This document shows positions 25,422 through 39,828 of a DNA stretch of 64,000 bases, piece after piece (positions within the stretch are counted from its first letter, which is position 1; the number at the start of each line of letters is the position of its first letter). A program made the position numbers and the translations under genes. The stretch comes from Nageia nagi (Eukaryota; Plantae; Pinophyta). Location: contig JBITNC010000002.1 of the NCBI GenBank assembly GCA_050084985.1, positions 26,412,001 to 26,476,000 on the forward strand, given 5' to 3'. The notes under the pieces were generated by a model that worked only from the letters and a program-made list of their open reading frames with translations, was not told the DNA's origin and ran no database searches.

Positions 25422-28400
25422 GCCCAAAATACAGACATGATTCCTTGCTACAGATTTACTAACTATCAAGACCCCTAAGATAGTTATGCTCCTAGGTTAC
25501 ATATTTCAAGGTATTTTGGACTAGTAACACTACCCAGCCACCCACAGGGATGTGTACTAACAGATAGCTTATAACATACAATAGTTCCCATTGAACCCTT
25601 TGTCCTTTCAACATAGAATGACACACCAATACTAAAACGTCCACGTACAATAGCTGAACAACAAACTATAAATGGAATATCATTTAATTAAAGTAACATC
25701 AACAACACATACATTATTCAGAAGTCTGACAAACTTTAAAAATGAAAAACTCTAATGGAGCTCCTGAAGTATAAACATGGCTCAAATTATGCTTGATGTT
25801 TCATTTCCTCAATAAGAACAAACAGTACAAGGCAGGCAATGGCTACAACCTTCAAACACTTCCCAACCAGTCATACAAGCCATGCTCTACCAGTGGTAGC
25901 TTTTGCACAAGCTCTATCTTCTGTTCTGAAGCCTTAGATGGTCTTAAAGATCTTCCTATCTTCAATACCTTGAATGCAAGTACATGTTAAACATTTGAAG
26001 TGTATATTGGAAATTTAGAACATTTGAGCATTCGTACATTCATCCTATATTCTCATGTGTTAGCTTTTGCTCTTAAACTACTACTCTAGTACTGAAAACT
26101 TCAACCAATCATGGTGACTTAAGAACCCCTGTCTTGAGTATCTTCAGTACAAACCAGATTTGAATGGTTTTGGATCATTATCGGACACCATATCTTCATT
26201 TCCTCTTTCTTTTGGATACTTCAAAAGCATCTTGAGAACAGTGACACTTCCAAATCCCCAATTCATTATTTTTGGAACTCCATAATGCCCTAGACAGGTG
26301 CCGAGCAACTGCTGCAGGTCAAGAACACCACAAAGCAGGTCAACAACATCCCTTCACAATTCAATCCTGTCAGCTTCCAGATAAATCCCATTGGATTGCT
26401 CAAATTTGTTTTGAAACAGCCTCAAAACACTCGTAGTGTTTGCTACAGGACTAATCTTCAGGTCGAGACCAAGTTCATTGAACTCCTTTTTCATAAATGG
26501 TTCCAACAAGCACTCACATGCCTTAATGTGACATCCAAATTATAGTTTATCCTCCTGCACTGCTGCAAGACCCAAAATGGTCCAACAGTCACTGGATGAT
26601 GAAGTCAAATACCATAACCATAGTATTGAAAGTTGTAATAAGCCAATATTTGTTTAGATTCAAACTTTTGGTATTCGGCAAATTCAAGAATAATCAGCCA
26701 AACAGCAGCAAACTAAAAATGCAAAAAAAAAAAACATTACATCAAATGCATCAATCAGCTGCATGGTTCTCCCTTCCCTATTGAACTATGGGTAACCACT
26801 CCTTCCTTTCATTTGTGCAGTAGACGAACAACATTTGATCACTGGGTAACTACATTCTCTTCCAGGCATATCCACCTATTAATTAGTTCAATCCCATTCT
26901 TGTTTCTCTAAAGAGAATATCTATTTTTTGTTGCCCTTAAAGAAGCATCTCGGATTAGGGTACCTTGGTGCTGGATTTCACTCAGATTGGTTGGGCATCC
27001 ATTACTTCTGAATAAAGAGAAAGAAAGGGGTAGGCCTGGTCAAGATATACTATGGGTTGTAGCTGATTCGAACCTACCCCTGTTTGTTTCCAGATTGATC
27101 CTTCCTTATTATAAGCAACTCCCATTCCCAAGAACAATTTGGAACTGAATTTTGATTCCATTATGCATTTCAGTTACTTGACAAATATTCACTGAATTTT
27201 GTAGCTATGCTTGTAATTCCTAAATATAATTTCAAGATGTACAAAAACTTCAAAAATAAGCCCATCGTGTCTGAATACACATTTTTGCCAAGTTCCATAT
27301 CCCAATTTGTAATGAAATTTACTTATGCCTACCACGCTGCTCACTGCTTCCCCTTCAGATGGTTGTTTTGGGAAGCGTCTTCCCCATAACTCGAAGATTC
27401 TTACTCCAGATTGTCAATCCAACCTTTGTACCAAATTGCAAGGTCTCATGCCCTCTTGATTCAATTTTTAATCTCCACCTTCATCTGAAACCATGGTAAG
27501 GAACCAGTAACTAACAAAAACACTGAAAAGTACAACATACTGAATCTAATATGCAAGAAAACTTAGATAATAATTATCCATGTTGCCACAATGCAGCCAT
27601 GGATAACCACCCAACAATGAGTCAAACCTTATTAATTCTCCGTGTTACCACAATACTGTCATGGACAACCACCCAAGAATGAGCCAAGAGCTTCCATGTC
27701 TTTAAGACCCTGCATCCCATAGACCTGAAACTCAACAAGTTATTTGGGTAGGCTCACAGCAACATATGCCCTAATCTTGGGCAGGCACCCATGTATGACA
27801 AAACTGGTCTTCTATGATATTTCGACAAATCGTTATCTTGCACGGTTTCTTGAGGACTTATCCCTGTACTGATTTTTTACCTCCATGTACACTAGTCTGT
27901 TACCACATGCACAAACAGCCTCCCCATATGGTCATGTTTACCACCACTTTTATTCAACTCTTATACAAATCCGTTCAGCACACTATCAAGCCTCTAAAAT
28001 TGATGTTTGCGAATTAAAGCTCTTCCATTCCAGATCAAAATTCCCATAAGTTTACATTTCACCTTATCTCTTTAAAAAAACATACTTTTTCTTGATGGAC
28101 CCCATTCTAATTTTGAGCACATCAAGTTGTCAAGGACACATTACAAATTACACTTATCTTTCCCTCTTAATGTCTCCCATGAGAAAATGTACATTAGTAA
28201 TTGACTTAAGCATAGACACTAGATAGAGAAACGGATACTCAATACACTCAAAAAATGAATACTTAGTTAAGAAATTACATTTTTGAAGTATATTTTGAAG
28301 AAAGAGATGACTAAAGAAATTCAAAATAAGAAGCAATAGTGAATTAAATGCCATTTTGGAAAGCCTATCATAGAGTTAACATTTACTTTACAGAGGAGTA

Positions 28401-29431
28401 ACCTACTGTATTGCATAACTTCATGCTATTCGACAAGTATTGCATGTAATCAATAGTTGCGAGAAGACAGCTACATGTTACGTGTAATTGTCAAATATGA
28501 GAGATAACATAATGTAATCCAGTCAATGTTAGGTTTGATTAATAGAATATTCATTTTTCATAGTTCCTGAACAAAATTGTTAATTCCTTCTTCCTTATGA
28601 GAACCAGAAAACCCCACCATGTATGTTGATATTAATAATACTCTCAATAGTCAAACCGTAACCAATTAAATCTATTCCTGCTTTTTTGGTGCCAAAACCA
28701 AAACTGCTTATTTCTTCAACACTTGCTTAAGCAAACAAGATCTCATAACAAATATATCCTCTCATGGTTAAACAAGAAACAATTAAACCCAATGCCATTT
28801 GAAATATTGGCTCATGTTAACAAGAGCCAAAATTGTGGTGCAAGGCTATCATCAATCCTAGCGCAAACGTGTATGTATCAGGATTGAATATAATCCTTCA
28901 TACTCAGCCTTTCAAGCATTCCTGCAGTAAACATAGGATTTCTGATTGGCAGATGTATCAGTTATCAAAAAAACACGTTAATTTAATTTTTGTAAATATG
29001 ATGGACTAATAAAATATGTTCTTTACATGTGGCTTGCACATTGTACCTTCTTTGAAATGTTAGCATCAACTGATCGGGAAGACAATTCTTCTCTGACAAT
29101 ATTCATATTCTACATCAGAAACACCTTATACACTCTGATCTATATATTACCTGCTCGTATTATACACATTGATAGAGATCCTAGTGCGGCCACATAAAAG
29201 AATTATTGTTGCAAAGCCCGCTCATGAATCGGACGAGCTCCAAATTTCCAAGAGGAAAAAGAAAAAGAAACTACAAAACCTCCTTAGTGTTGGGCCGTTT
29301 TTCTTTCCTACCCTGCAAATAGGCAAATTGGATTGCAAGGCTCCTAAAAGACACCAACACCTAGGTGGAAGGGCGTTACCCCTACCCGCTATGAAATGGG
29401 TGTGCAAGAATTGACTCAAGAGACTGGTTAG

Positions 29432-31968
29432 GATGTTTGAAGCTAACACCAAATCAAATAAAATTTGTTAATCAAGGACTCATATTGTCTTCATATCTGG
29501 ACAAGGGTTGTTTCTCAAACAAGGAAAATAAATGGGGGTGCGAAAGCCACGGAAAAAGTGTAAAATAAATGAAAAATAGGAGGGAAGATTGAAAATGGCT
29601 TGGGGCACATGATTTCAGCTCATTTGCATCAAGCTCCACCGACGAGTATAGTGTTTAAAGGCCAAGCTCCTCTAGGTTTGTTGTGAGTTCCACGCACCCA
29701 CACATCCTTTCATTCCAGCCAAACTACGCGAAGGATCTAGAAGAAGGATATATCCACTCGCACTATCCAACAACACAAATGGACTAGTGAAGGAAGCATG
29801 TGTCTAAGGGGACAAGGATGACACTTTCAATATGTGGATGAAATTCACACGCTAAACGTCATAAAGGAACCCACTTTCAAAATTATACAAGTCTAGTTGC
29901 ATACTATGAATAATCATCAATTATGCATCACGTTCAACACCTCGAAAAAATATTCAACCATTGTTTCACCCACATCAATGATTGACATCACATGCCCAAG
30001 TTCATAGTACCATAAAATGGAGTTGTGCAATTTTCATTCCAAAGATCATGCCACATTCACAAGAGACAAGTATTAGATAGAAAGAATTATTCTACTCGTC
30101 TAGTTGCAAAATGTTCAAAGTTTCATTCTCAAAAAATCCTCCCTCCACAAACGAGCCCTCGAGGGCTACTTATAGTTTTTACAAGGAAACCCTAACACTA
30201 ATGCAAATTCAAACAAAATTCACCTAAATTAACCCTAATTAACAACGGTCCAGTAAGCACACATCACATGGCGCTACAAGATTGAGTCCATACTTGTGGG
30301 AGTAAATCCTCATCCATCACAAGGCTTTAACAGAAATATATAAAATTTGTAGTCCAAAATAACTAAATTACGCATAAAAACTACAATTATAATATTGCGT
30401 CCAAAATGCCATGTCCTCCATCAACTAGTGCCCACGAGTCCATCTGCTCTTTTCACTTCTGCAATACTTGGATCAAAACCTTCACCAACCACCTGTTGCA
30501 AAGATCCCTATCCTTGAACTTGAACATGGAAGCCCGACGCAGGTGTCTGGATGGTCATAGTGGTTGTCTTGCCTTGAGCTTGTGCCTAGAAGCCTGGCGC
30601 AAGTGTTAAGGAGGCCATAGTGCTTTTCTTGGTCATGGCATACACTCAAGATGGGGGCTCAAGATGTGGCTTCATGGCTAGCGCAGGTTTCCACGAAGAC
30701 AAGATGGGTGTCTTGGGCTGGATTTGCACCAACATGAGTGAGGACAAGCCTAGCGCAAGTCTTCTGGTAGTTAACAATCTTGTCTTGATTTTGACTTACG
30801 CCAAAGAGAGATAGGCCTAGCGCACATCTCTAGGGGGTCAAGGAATTTGTCTCTACCCAGACTTGTGCCTAGGTAGAGAATGCTCCAGACTTAGCCAAAA
30901 TTTGTCTTTGTTGCTCGGAATTGTCCTCTAGAGAATCTGGGGTGTTGAAGCAAGTCTTTTGGAGGTCACCACTCTTGTCTTAGTCTGGATTTGCGCCTGA
31001 AAGAGGAGACTGACTTAGGGGAGATCCAAAGTGAGACAAAAACCTTGTCTCCCTCCACATTTACGACCAACTAACTTGGGGGAGATCCGAAGTGAGACAA
31101 GAACCTTGTCTCCCTTCACATTTGCGCCTAGGCTTTGAGATGTTGCCATACATGGTACTTAGCCATTTTTGCTTCCTTGGTCATCTATACTGATCATTTG
31201 AGATCTCCAGAAGGCTTGCGCAACTCTTGGAGGGGACATGGATGTTGTCTCCTCAAGAGGATGCTCCTGAATGGGGCTTGGCCAAGCTTTATCCTTGTCA
31301 TTTGAAATTGTCTTCTAAGGCTCTTACAAGGTTGGTGCAAGTCCAAGGAGAGTCAAGAACGTTGTCTTGGGTCACACTTGCGCCAGAAAGGTACGCATGA
31401 TTTGGGCGCACATCGTGGGGCAGACAAGATGTTTGTCTCCTATCCAACTTGCGCTGGGGTATAGGAGGGGTTTTTGTACCTAGTACTTAGTCAATTTTCA
31501 CCCTTTTCGTTGATACTGAGTCTCTGGGATGCTGGCGCAAGTCTTAGAGTAGTCAAATTGTATGTCCTATCTTGCATTTGCGCCAACAGGGGAAAGAGAC
31601 AAGCCCAACGCAAGTCTCCCTAGGGTCAAGGAGCTTGTCTCCCTTAAGACATGCGCCAAGCCAAAAGGTAGTCTAGACATAGTCAAATTTGGCCTTGGTT
31701 GCTTGAAATGATCATCTAGAGCTCTCAGAAGTCTAGCGCAAGTCTAGGGAGAGACAAAGAGGTTGTCTCCTTGAGGATATGTGCTCGAGGACTTAGTCAA
31801 AATCTCGCTCTATTGCTAGCAGAAATTCAATTTTGCTCATTTTCACCAATTCTGATTTCAAAAGCCTCCTAATCCCAAGACACCGTCAATTCAGCGACTC
31901 CTCATTGCCAAAATTTGTGGGTCCCCAAATTTGCTAAAAATTTGGGGCGTGTTGTGGAAGCCACAACA
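29432..31968 (-). mobile_element. ~2.5-kb solo LTR (Gypsy-type); left boundary approximate
   Basis: The minus strand begins TGTTGTGG. TATA-like site near 30166; U3 motif arrays at 30590-31800; candidate TSD GTTAG/CTTAG; no coding sequence. Confidence 0.65.
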
Positions 31969-32678
31969 CTTAGCATCTTGACTATGATTCTTTTTGGTAC
32001 ACTTGCAAAATTTTATTTCTTACAAACAAAATAAAGTACACAACATTTCAATCTACACCTATTTTCATCATTAGCTTGCCTAGATGAATACTCTTGTTTA
32101 ATAATTTTCAAAGGAACTCCTTTTGTCAATATGCCTCAAAAACAAAGCATGATTAAATATGAAGTGAATTAACAACAAATAATGTTATCACTGTATACAC
32201 GTATGAAAAAATGGAACAAGTCATGAATCACAAGCATGAAAGAGATGCACAAGTTCAGGTACCCAATGCACATTGAACTCGGAGCATATTGGACAAAGAC
32301 TAGTAGAGTTAGTACCAAACACAAGATATACTTCGTAAGGTAAAATTTGTTTATTATTGCTTAGGTTCCAAACAGCAAACAACATTAAATTTTCTTATTC
32401 TTTAAACACCAATTCATCACAACATGCAATATATGATGTAAATTAGAAGAAAAACAGAAGATCAATGTCAGGGTTCAAATCACATAGTTAAATCATACAA
32501 TCAACAGCAGTGAACCCAGCATGAAGAGCCTAGACTTACATGGAGATTACTTGGTTAACTAGTAAAACTAACAAAAATAATCATCATGTGCACAGGATGT
32601 GATCTGATTAACATTAAGATAACTAAAGGGATTTTAAAACATTCGTTTCTTAGCAAACCCACACATTCATGCCTGTAC

Positions 32679-32750
32679 CTGCAGGGGAGATGCCAAGTTT
32701 GATGGATATATGAAACCAGGATCCTCCCATGGAGCAACAGAGCCTTCAAT
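32679..32750 (-). CDS. PUR4: FGAM synthase (PurL) exon F
   Basis: GTGCAG| IEGSVAPWEDPGFIYPSNLASPLQ |GTACAG; 72 nt. Confidence 0.96.
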
Positions 32751-32905
32751 CTGCACAGAAGCTCATAGATGTGAGTAAAAGATGTAAAAACAACTAGGAG
32801 AAGAAAGTATATAACATTCTTAGTAATCATGAGAAGACATAATCAGAACAAATAAACATAAGAAAATGGCCAAGATTCACAATTAAACAAATTTTACTAA
32901 CAAAC

Positions 32906-33025
32906 CTGTAGATTTCCAACACAGTAACCAGCAGTTCCAGCAACAACTATAGAACCTATGCCTGTTGCATGAGTATCTCGTATGCGACCTCCTGCACCAG
33001 TTTCTGCTCCTGGGAAAGGCGCTAC
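32906..33025 (-). CDS. PUR4: FGAM synthase (PurL) exon E
   Basis: TTCAG| VAPFPGAETGAGGRIRDTHATGIGSIVVAGTAGYCVGNLQ |GTTTGT. Continues exon D directly across a 17,490-nt intron. Confidence 0.97.
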
Positions 33026-35749
33026 CTGAAATGCCAAAATTAGTGACAACTCTTTTACAATCAAAAAGTTAGATAAGTCCTTGATTCGGAAACATTCTTG
33101 AATATGTGCACAGTAAAGCATTATTATATCTCAACTGAGTGAATTAACTCAGAACATTTCAAATAAATGACATTTCTGTTTAAAATTATGACAGAGAAAA
33201 GGTGAATAGTAAAAATACTGATATTTTGGACTTCAATACGAATTTGGAACATCTACACCTAGTAATAATAGTCACCGTCCACAGTTTTAAAACATGGAAC
33301 AGAAGCATATGTTCTAAATTATGTGGAAAGTCTGAACAAATCCAAAATAGTTATATTGTTCAACCTTTAAAAAACATTGTGATGAAAAAATATTTATTGT
33401 TTCTGAAACATGCGGCTTCTGGTATGCTGCTTTTGTCCAAACATGCTCTTTGGAAGTTAAAAACTTGGTTGACTTTTGTGGTCAATGCAATAAGTTAAGC
33501 TATCAAAAAAACTTTGCTTTGATTTAAGACATCACAGAGCAGAGATTAGTTAACTGTTTGATATCATAGCTTATGTGATAAAAGCACCTGGGCCATTCAA
33601 TGCTAGTAGTTTCAAGTTTCAACTTCCAAAAACCCAAGTTGATGCAATGAGAGTTTATTTACCATAATCTAATATACAAACGATGCCCTCTATACAATTT
33701 GTAACACCATATTTACAAAAGAAAAATACAATATTTATGTAGTTATTGTTGCCTCTAATTTCCACTCCTGGTAGGATAGAAGGACGACTTCTCTGTGTCA
33801 CCCTAAGGAAAGCGACAGTTGAAGTGGGGTCAATTGCAATCCACTAGTTTAGGTTGGTAGGTTCATTCGAGCTTTCAATCAAGGATGTCCTCTTTTGATA
33901 TTCATCGTAAGATTTAAATTCTACATCCTAAGGTCCAGGCCCGTTACTCATCCATCCTAAATGATGTGTAGAATCAGCATTTTAAGTGCAGTTGTTTAGA
34001 TGGAAAAAAAAAATTGATATTCAATTAGACAAAAGAACAGACCGGTGCCTTATCTTGAAACTGAGGCTAGCTTAATACTTAATGGCTTAGATAGAATTGA
34101 GAAAGAAAATAATGAAACATATATTCTAACAAGTCCATAGAAAGTGACCCAAAGAAACATCCAAGGTGAAGAAATTAAAATCATCCCCGTTTTAAAAAGG
34201 AAGTAAATAACTAATAATCAAACATCCATGCTACATTCAAACAAAAGAATCGAGTACAAATAATATGTATTGATGAAATTCAATGAAAATTAGGATGACA
34301 CCTACATAGAATGCAAAGTTTAATGAATAGTCACTTTATAATATACAATACACCTCCATAAAATGTTAAGTTATCCGAATAATGCTTAAGTTTGCAATAC
34401 AATGATTACAACGACTTCTGTACATGGTGCAACTCAATAGTATGGGCCCAATGTGACTTGCATACAAGACGGCAAACAAAAGATAGAAAGGTGGTAAAAG
34501 AGGGAGAATGGAAAACAGAAGGAAACACAAAACCAAAACCGAAAAATGTAGACTAATATCTGAGCTAATTGAACCTCTTTTGTAATGTTCTTCTGAAGCC
34601 TCTTATACTAATGATTAGCAACTTTGGGCTATAGATGGGCAATAGTTATCTAGTTTGTCAAATTACTCTATTTTACATACCGCAAAAAGACAATCTTTCT
34701 ACAAGGAAAAGACAAAAATCATCTCTGCCACCTTAACAAAATATCGTTGATGATATTCAGGCCATAGGAGTTTCTCCTTTCAATTGTTTACTAAGGCCTG
34801 CTTTTACCTCTACCTATACCTACTCTTTTATCTTTATCACCTCCAATTGCCCCTGAATTCCAATTTTTTGTTCTTCAGAGTATGGTCTTGGGGATACCAT
34901 TTCTTGGTAAGATTTTTTAAGAGAAAGAATGGCTCATGAACTATCAAAAGTTATTTCTTCTTTTCTTCCTATTGGGTTGAAATTATAGAGTTTTACCTTT
35001 TATTATCTCTTCATATTATTTCATTGACACCTTTTTTCCTTTGATTTGTTCCCTGCTTAAGAATACCTCTGTCAATCTTATCTATGTTATCTAACTCTAC
35101 CAACTTTTCCTCTAAGATAGGAAAGTTCATGGCATGAGCTATTGTGGAATTTTAAGAATTCGGAGATAGCAACAGTGTTACCAGTTCAACTACAACCCAA
35201 ACTCAGTATGAAAATGCATTCAGCAGCAATCAAGTGATAGAACAGTTGCCAATTGCTCACAACATTTTATCATAGCTTGTTTCAGCTGCACCCAACTTGA
35301 TTGAGCTGTACCCAGCTGTACTCAGCTAGTGTGCAAGGTGAAATAATGCATTTTGGAAAAAGTGTCCAGAATTTGGTGAGACTTAAGGGGTAAATTTTCT
35401 TTGGAAATGGGTATCCAAGAAATCAAATTTCACATAAAAATACTAAATAAATATAGAGTTAACAGCTTCTGCAAGTTTCTAGCAGTTTATGACAGTTTTG
35501 AACAGCAAACAGTTTAGGACAGTTTTGGCTGAAAAAAAAGAGTCCTCTTATGCTTTATTTTCACACCCAAAACAAGTACATTTTGTACAGAAATCATTCT
35601 CCATGTTATGATATACATTATGGTACAATTTGTAGTTTCATAAGTGACTTTACAATTTGGTTTTCCAATTGGAATGAAAAGAGTCACCATAGAAGATTCA
35701 AGATACAATCACTCTTCCAATTTCTGAAATAACTATTCAACTTCTCAAA

Positions 35750-38700
35750 TCTGTGAGTGAACATTTCATTTTGCTATCTTGGTCAGTATCTATCTCGAAC
35801 AGCTATGAGCCTAGAAACAAAGATCACATTCCCAAAACAGATTATTGCTTGCTTACCCTTGAGAAGAAGTTTCAGTCTTATGTCCCTGTGGTATCTATCC
35901 ATGTTCGTAATTTTGGCTTTTATATCCAAGAATATGCTTTCAACTTCATGAACCAATCACAAGAAGTTTATCATTTCTAAGCAAATTCATGATATGCGGA
36001 TAGTAGCGATTATATTTGACCCTGGACAGCTAAATATTAAGCAAGTATAGGACTTGATGCCATTTTGAACACCTGGGGAATGACCTGCTTGGATAATTCC
36101 ATCAATGTTATTCCATAGTCTCTGCCGCAAATGGCTGTGGTGTGTCACTACGCTACAAACTTACGAAGTGATTGGCTTGCTTCTTGTTAATTATTTATAA
36201 GCTTCAAGGACATCTTTAGCCTTCTTTCTCTTCCTTGTAACAAAAAAGACACTGGATGTTTCTACGTCACATTGTGCAATTTTCTGCCTTTTTCGAAATT
36301 TCAATCAAGTTTCCTTGTTTATATAATGTTTTCATAAACATAGGACAAAAGCCTTCAAATATGTCCATGATTCCTTTATGTTTTGCTTTCAACCAGGTTT
36401 CCACCTTGGGAATTATGACAATCTATTTCCCCAAAGAATCTTCTTGTGAAGATTACTGCATGAAACTTGGTTTTGGTTCTTTCCGATTCAACGTCCATTG
36501 AGCCAAGGAAGGGATCAGGGCCAAGGCATTTTGTTATTCCCTCGCAACATCCTGTTTAGAATCATAGCCTACTTCCAAATGGACTTCCTTGCCCTGAACT
36601 TCTGCCAAGAAAGTCATTCGCTGTTGTACTAGTATTTGGATATTAGGCACCACAAGGGCCACCATGTCCATTGTCTAGCTCCTAAGCACTCTTACCACTG
36701 TAGGGTAAATTTCTACTCCACTAGATAGTCTAGAGAATCTTCTCGTGACTGTGGAACAATGGTACAATAAGCAGTAGCATTCTTTCTGAACTCAATGTCT
36801 TTGTCTTCACATTCGTTAGAAATGTGTTCAACAACAAAGTAAGAGATTTTGTTTTGTTCACATACCCTCTTATGATCTCCGATGGGATAATAAGGCTTCC
36901 ATTCAATTTCATCAAAACCATATCCATCCATCTTTCTGATGGCAAATAGGAAAGACTGTAGTACATAATATTCAATGTGATCAATTTTAATTCGGGGCTT
37001 AGCGACAGTGTTGCATGGAGTTTTCAGGATGGGGAAGTTTCTGGAATGGGAGGGGACAATAGGCCGATTTTAGGAAACGCATCCAAGACAGCAAGTGCAA
37101 AAAAAATTAAAATATAAAAAAATAAGATTGTTTTCTTAAATCTAAAACTATCTTAACAGTAGCAATCAAGTATATAACAGTATAAGTTTAACACAATGTG
37201 ATAATGATTAAAAAAAGCCATGACAGAATCAATCATAAACCCGTGAACCAAATAACAGCAGCAGTTATAAATGGTCAATCATAACAGAAGCAATAATAAT
37301 GACTGTATAACAGCAGCAATCATTTATAATGATAGGATTGTAAGTGTGTCTTCAATCCAATTAAACAATAGGTCCATAACAGTACCGTATAACAGCAGCA
37401 ACATAAACCATAACAGCAGTACTGAGTAAGTTAATAAACCATAACAGCAGCAATAATAACCAATATTGAGTAAAATAAAACTGCAATGGTGGCTGCTCTT
37501 CTATTGAATCCCATTCCATCCTTTTCATTCAAGACTGGGCAGCTGCATGCAAGTAGAATGCTCACATTATTGAGTATTAAGTAAAACAAGACTGCAATGG
37601 TGACTGCTCTTCTATTGAATCCCGATTCTTGCCTTATGATTCAAGACTGGGTGATTGCATGCAAGTAGAATGCTTACAATAGACTGGGCGGCTGCATGCA
37701 AATAGAATGCTATGTAGAAAGTGAAAATTGAATGAATGTTCTTAACTTATTAGGGTTGTTGTCATTGACGTTTAGGGTTAAAAACTTAAAAGGGGGTTGA
37801 GGGGCCTTGGTGGGCTCCACCACCCCTTTTATTTCTCATTTTTTAAAGTGTTTTTTTTTCTTGAGCCCTATCTGCCCCTTTTCCCCCCAGGACAGCCCAG
37901 GCATCCCCGGTCCATCCCCAACGTCTTGCACAGATTTTGCCAATTTCTGAAAAATCGAGATGGGGCCAAAATGCCTCCACGGTACTTCACAGAGACGGGT
38001 ACAGGTGTTTGAGGGGATGGACGGGTTTCCATGTAACACTGCAATGTGATAATGTACAGGCAAGATTTAGGTGACAACTTTGTTCCAAAGAGTCCAATAT
38101 CCAGGAAATTCTCCATCAAAAAACTAATTCCCAACCTTAGTTGATTTTAAAAATATGGAAAAGATAGGGAATCTGTACATTGGCGAGCTAAAAGCAGGAT
38201 GGTGTGCAAAGGGAGCATCCTTTCACCAATTTCTTATGGAGGGAAGGGTTTATGTCATTGTGGGCAAAAGGAATACAGTTCTAAATTGCTAGGGCTTCTG
38301 CATGCCCAAGGGCACCTAATGCCTTGTGCAAATTGGGACTACCGTCTTGAATTATAAAAGGAATAAGCAAGTAGTACATGAAAGCAGCTTTCTTGTTTCT
38401 TTCAACGCCTCAAACTGATCCCCCATTTTGTTGCTGATAAACGTTGCCCAATGGGAGCATACTGTGGACTTGGTAGTGTTGTGAAAAACTACCAATGATA
38501 GTGTGTTCTTTGAAATTCATATTTGAGCACCTAGTAGTAGTTGAACTGTTGAAAGATGTTTGCATAATCCCTATCCATCATTTCATTTGAGATTTGAAAC
38601 AAGGGGGTTGCTGCCATTGCCTTTATTGTATCTTAATATAGACTGCAGAACTTTGTCATTCCCCTTACTTCTGCCAGGAATGAATGCTTCTTTCTGATGT

Positions 38701-39375
38701 CCAGCAAGTTTACACTCCAGAATTTTAGGGGAGTGTTGGGATCTTAGGGAAGGAACACTCCTACAGTGAAGCCTAGAGTACTTCTCTAAGGCTCCTCAGT
38801 ATGTCCTCATTGCAGTTGTTCCTGTGTAACTTATCACTGCTTTTGGCTTGTGATCATATTTCATGACCAACCATTATAATAAATCTGGGTAAAAAATGTA
38901 CTTCACGGCATACAAGCCTACCAATGTTCAATTCCCACCTGTTGCACAGAGGAAATGTACATCCTGTTGTGCCTTGGGTTCTTTGTTATAGAATCCTAGG
39001 GAGCATCCTTCTCATTTCTCCTGTTTTTTTGTCCTTTCCTGGTAGCCTATTTTTGCTACCGCCATGATGTCCAGCTACTCCATATTGATCTACTGCGCTG
39101 CTTCTCCCTTTACCAACATCTTGATGATTTGGGATGTCCTTGCTAGCTCCCACAACACCTCACTAGATCTGATTCTATTCGGCATGATCTTGCCTCTACA
39201 CTTGATGCTTTCCCGGTTGTAGGATTCATAGTCAATTGTTAATTGCTACAAAGTATGAATATTCAATAATCCTGGGTTGCTCTCCAAAGTCACAGGTTTG
39301 CTAGATTATGTAGCTCTATAATTGCATTCATTGTGTTTGTTGTGATTTGTTATATTCTTATATAGCTCTGTTAAA
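35750..39375 (-). mobile_element. Highly decayed Gypsy gag-pol remnant split by the hAT element
   Basis: Pre-RT motif LPP.EI...HTI.L...MYRFP at about 38160-38260; integrase-like remnants near 36.0-36.2 kb; PBS-like GCTCTGTTAAA near 39364. Confidence 0.45.
37006..38041. mobile_element. Non-autonomous hAT-type element (1036 bp)
   Basis: TIRs CAGTGTTGCATGGA / TCCATGTAACACTG match 13/14. GC-rich subtermini; internal repeats TGCATGCAA(G/A)TAGAATGCT x3 and ATAACAGCAG. Confidence 0.8.
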
Positions 39376-39828
39376 ACGTGTGTGAAAGTCCCACCTACAT
39401 GAATGTGCCAATTCGGATTTGCAGCAATCCAATCGGCTTAATCATTCATGAATTTTGAGCTATCAATGTCATATGCCATGTGGAAGGTCTGAAGAGTTGA
39501 TCACTTCTTGAGAAAATTGGCAAGTTTATTGCTTGTTCAAAAAATAGACAATGTCTTAAGCTTCAAGCAAGCAAAGAGAAATGGTAGTTATGAAAACTTC
39601 CATGAGAATCCACTTGACATAGAAAACAGAAGGATCATCCACAATATGTAATATATTATACATTTGGTTCTTTCTTGATGTTTGGTGCTGTTGTGTGTAT
39701 GTATTGGGGCTGTACGTACTGGTTTGAGAGCAATAAAAATCTCCCTTGATGTGCAAAAATATGATTTTTTTTATTCCACTATGTTAAGCTTTGTGAGAGG
39801 CATATTCATTTGATTTTGCTAGGTCTAG

